Shown here piece by piece: positions 63,240-64,000 of a DNA stretch of 64,000 bases. The position numbers were made by a program, and so were the translations under genes. Source of the stretch: Nymphaea colorata (taxonomy: Eukaryota). The notes beneath the pieces are model-generated. The model did not search any database. It was not told where the DNA came from and worked only from the letters and a program-made list of their open reading frames with translations. The stretch lies in NCBI RefSeq assembly GCF_008831285.2, contig NC_045138.2, positions 2,604,001-2,668,000 of the forward strand, given 5' to 3'. Each line of letters starts with the position of its first letter. Position 1 is the first letter of the stretch.

Positions 63240-64000
63240 CAGTATGAGGTATTCCAATACTATATAACAGACTAAGTAACTAACAATATATAACAGCATA
63301 ATCAACATAACAATATATACTTAATTAAGAAACCTTAATTGAAAGGAAATGTGATTTGTCACTTTCCCATGGACTAGGCGTGTTGGATCCTAGGCCAGCC
63401 TAGGCTGTTCTTAGGTGCCAGCTTTGGCGCCAACACATTCGCCATTGCCTAAGTGGTGGACTTAGGCGATGGGTGTGGACTCATGCTTAGTCCACGCCTA
63501 GGCTAAGCTTAGGTGAGGCCTTAACAACATAGTTCTTATGTATTGGTCGGCTGTTTATTTCATTAATCTTTTTGTTGTAGATTTATAACACTTTTCAGTT
63601 CCCCTTTCCAAAATCAGTATTTTGATATTTTGTTATGGATTTATAACTGCGTATCAGTTCTCATTGTCAAATTAGTGCATTGACATTTTATTATGTTTAA
63701 GATTTGTAAAACTGTTAGACATGCCACATATTATTCACATTTTGAGGTTAACCTTATATGTTTATCTAACTGCATTTCATTCTTATGCATTGGTTCATTG
63801 TTTTATTTGTACTTTTTGTTATAGATTTACAAAAACTTATCAATTCTCCTTCTTAAATCAACATGCTGACATTTTAGTATTTTTAAGTTTTGCAAAGAGA
63901 CAACCACTTGAAGGACAAACCACATACTAATTTACATTTTTAGGTGAAGCTTATATATTTAATTAACTAGATTTCATTCTTATGTCTTGGTTGGTTATTT
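61306..64000 (+). repeat. AT-rich tandem array of ~170-260-bp units (about 9 units, continues past the window end)
   Basis: Unit head CCACATATTAATTTACATTTTTAGGTT..CTTATATGTTTATCTAACTAGATTTCATTCTTATGCATTG recurs at ~61306, 61493, 61690, 61948, 62119, (62355 truncated), 62510, 63724 and 63920. Confidence 0.92.
62572..63532. mobile_element. Non-autonomous hAT-type element inserted into the tandem array
   Basis: TIRs CTATGTTGTCAAGG / CCTTAACAACATAG. 8-bp flanks ATCTTATG (62564-62571) and TTCTTATG (63533-63540). CCTAGG subterminal motifs. The array unit resumes after it. Confidence 0.85.

Noticed and set aside
61306..64000. Regularly recurring motif suggesting a CRISPR-like array
   Set aside because: The sequence between motifs is homologous from unit to unit, so there are no unique spacers. 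Context is eukaryotic with no cas genes. It is a tandem repeat.

Overview
Plant (angiosperm) nuclear DNA with six apparently intact protein genes: intronless plastid amidophosphoribosyltransferase (-), a DUF506 protein (+), an ABHD11-like alpha/beta hydrolase (-), a PLS-E class PPR protein (+), a 16-exon rhamnogalacturonan lyase (+) and a SnoaL/NTF2-like protein (-). There is also one tRNA-His(GTG) gene. Accessory DNA includes a decayed Ty1/copia element in an intron of the lyase, many hAT-type/MITE insertions (several with readable TIRs and TSDs), and rearranged endogenous caulimovirid fragments with a candidate viral promoter facing the NTF2 gene. The most notable observations are: (1) an old duplication of a tail-to-tail PPR/NTF2 gene pair with reciprocal gene loss; (2) an AT-rich tandem array with long/short higher-order structure that begins exactly at the tRNA-His 3' end; (3) two GC-AG introns in the lyase gene. 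All calls come from reading the sequence by eye. No database searches were run and family assignments are from recognised motifs.
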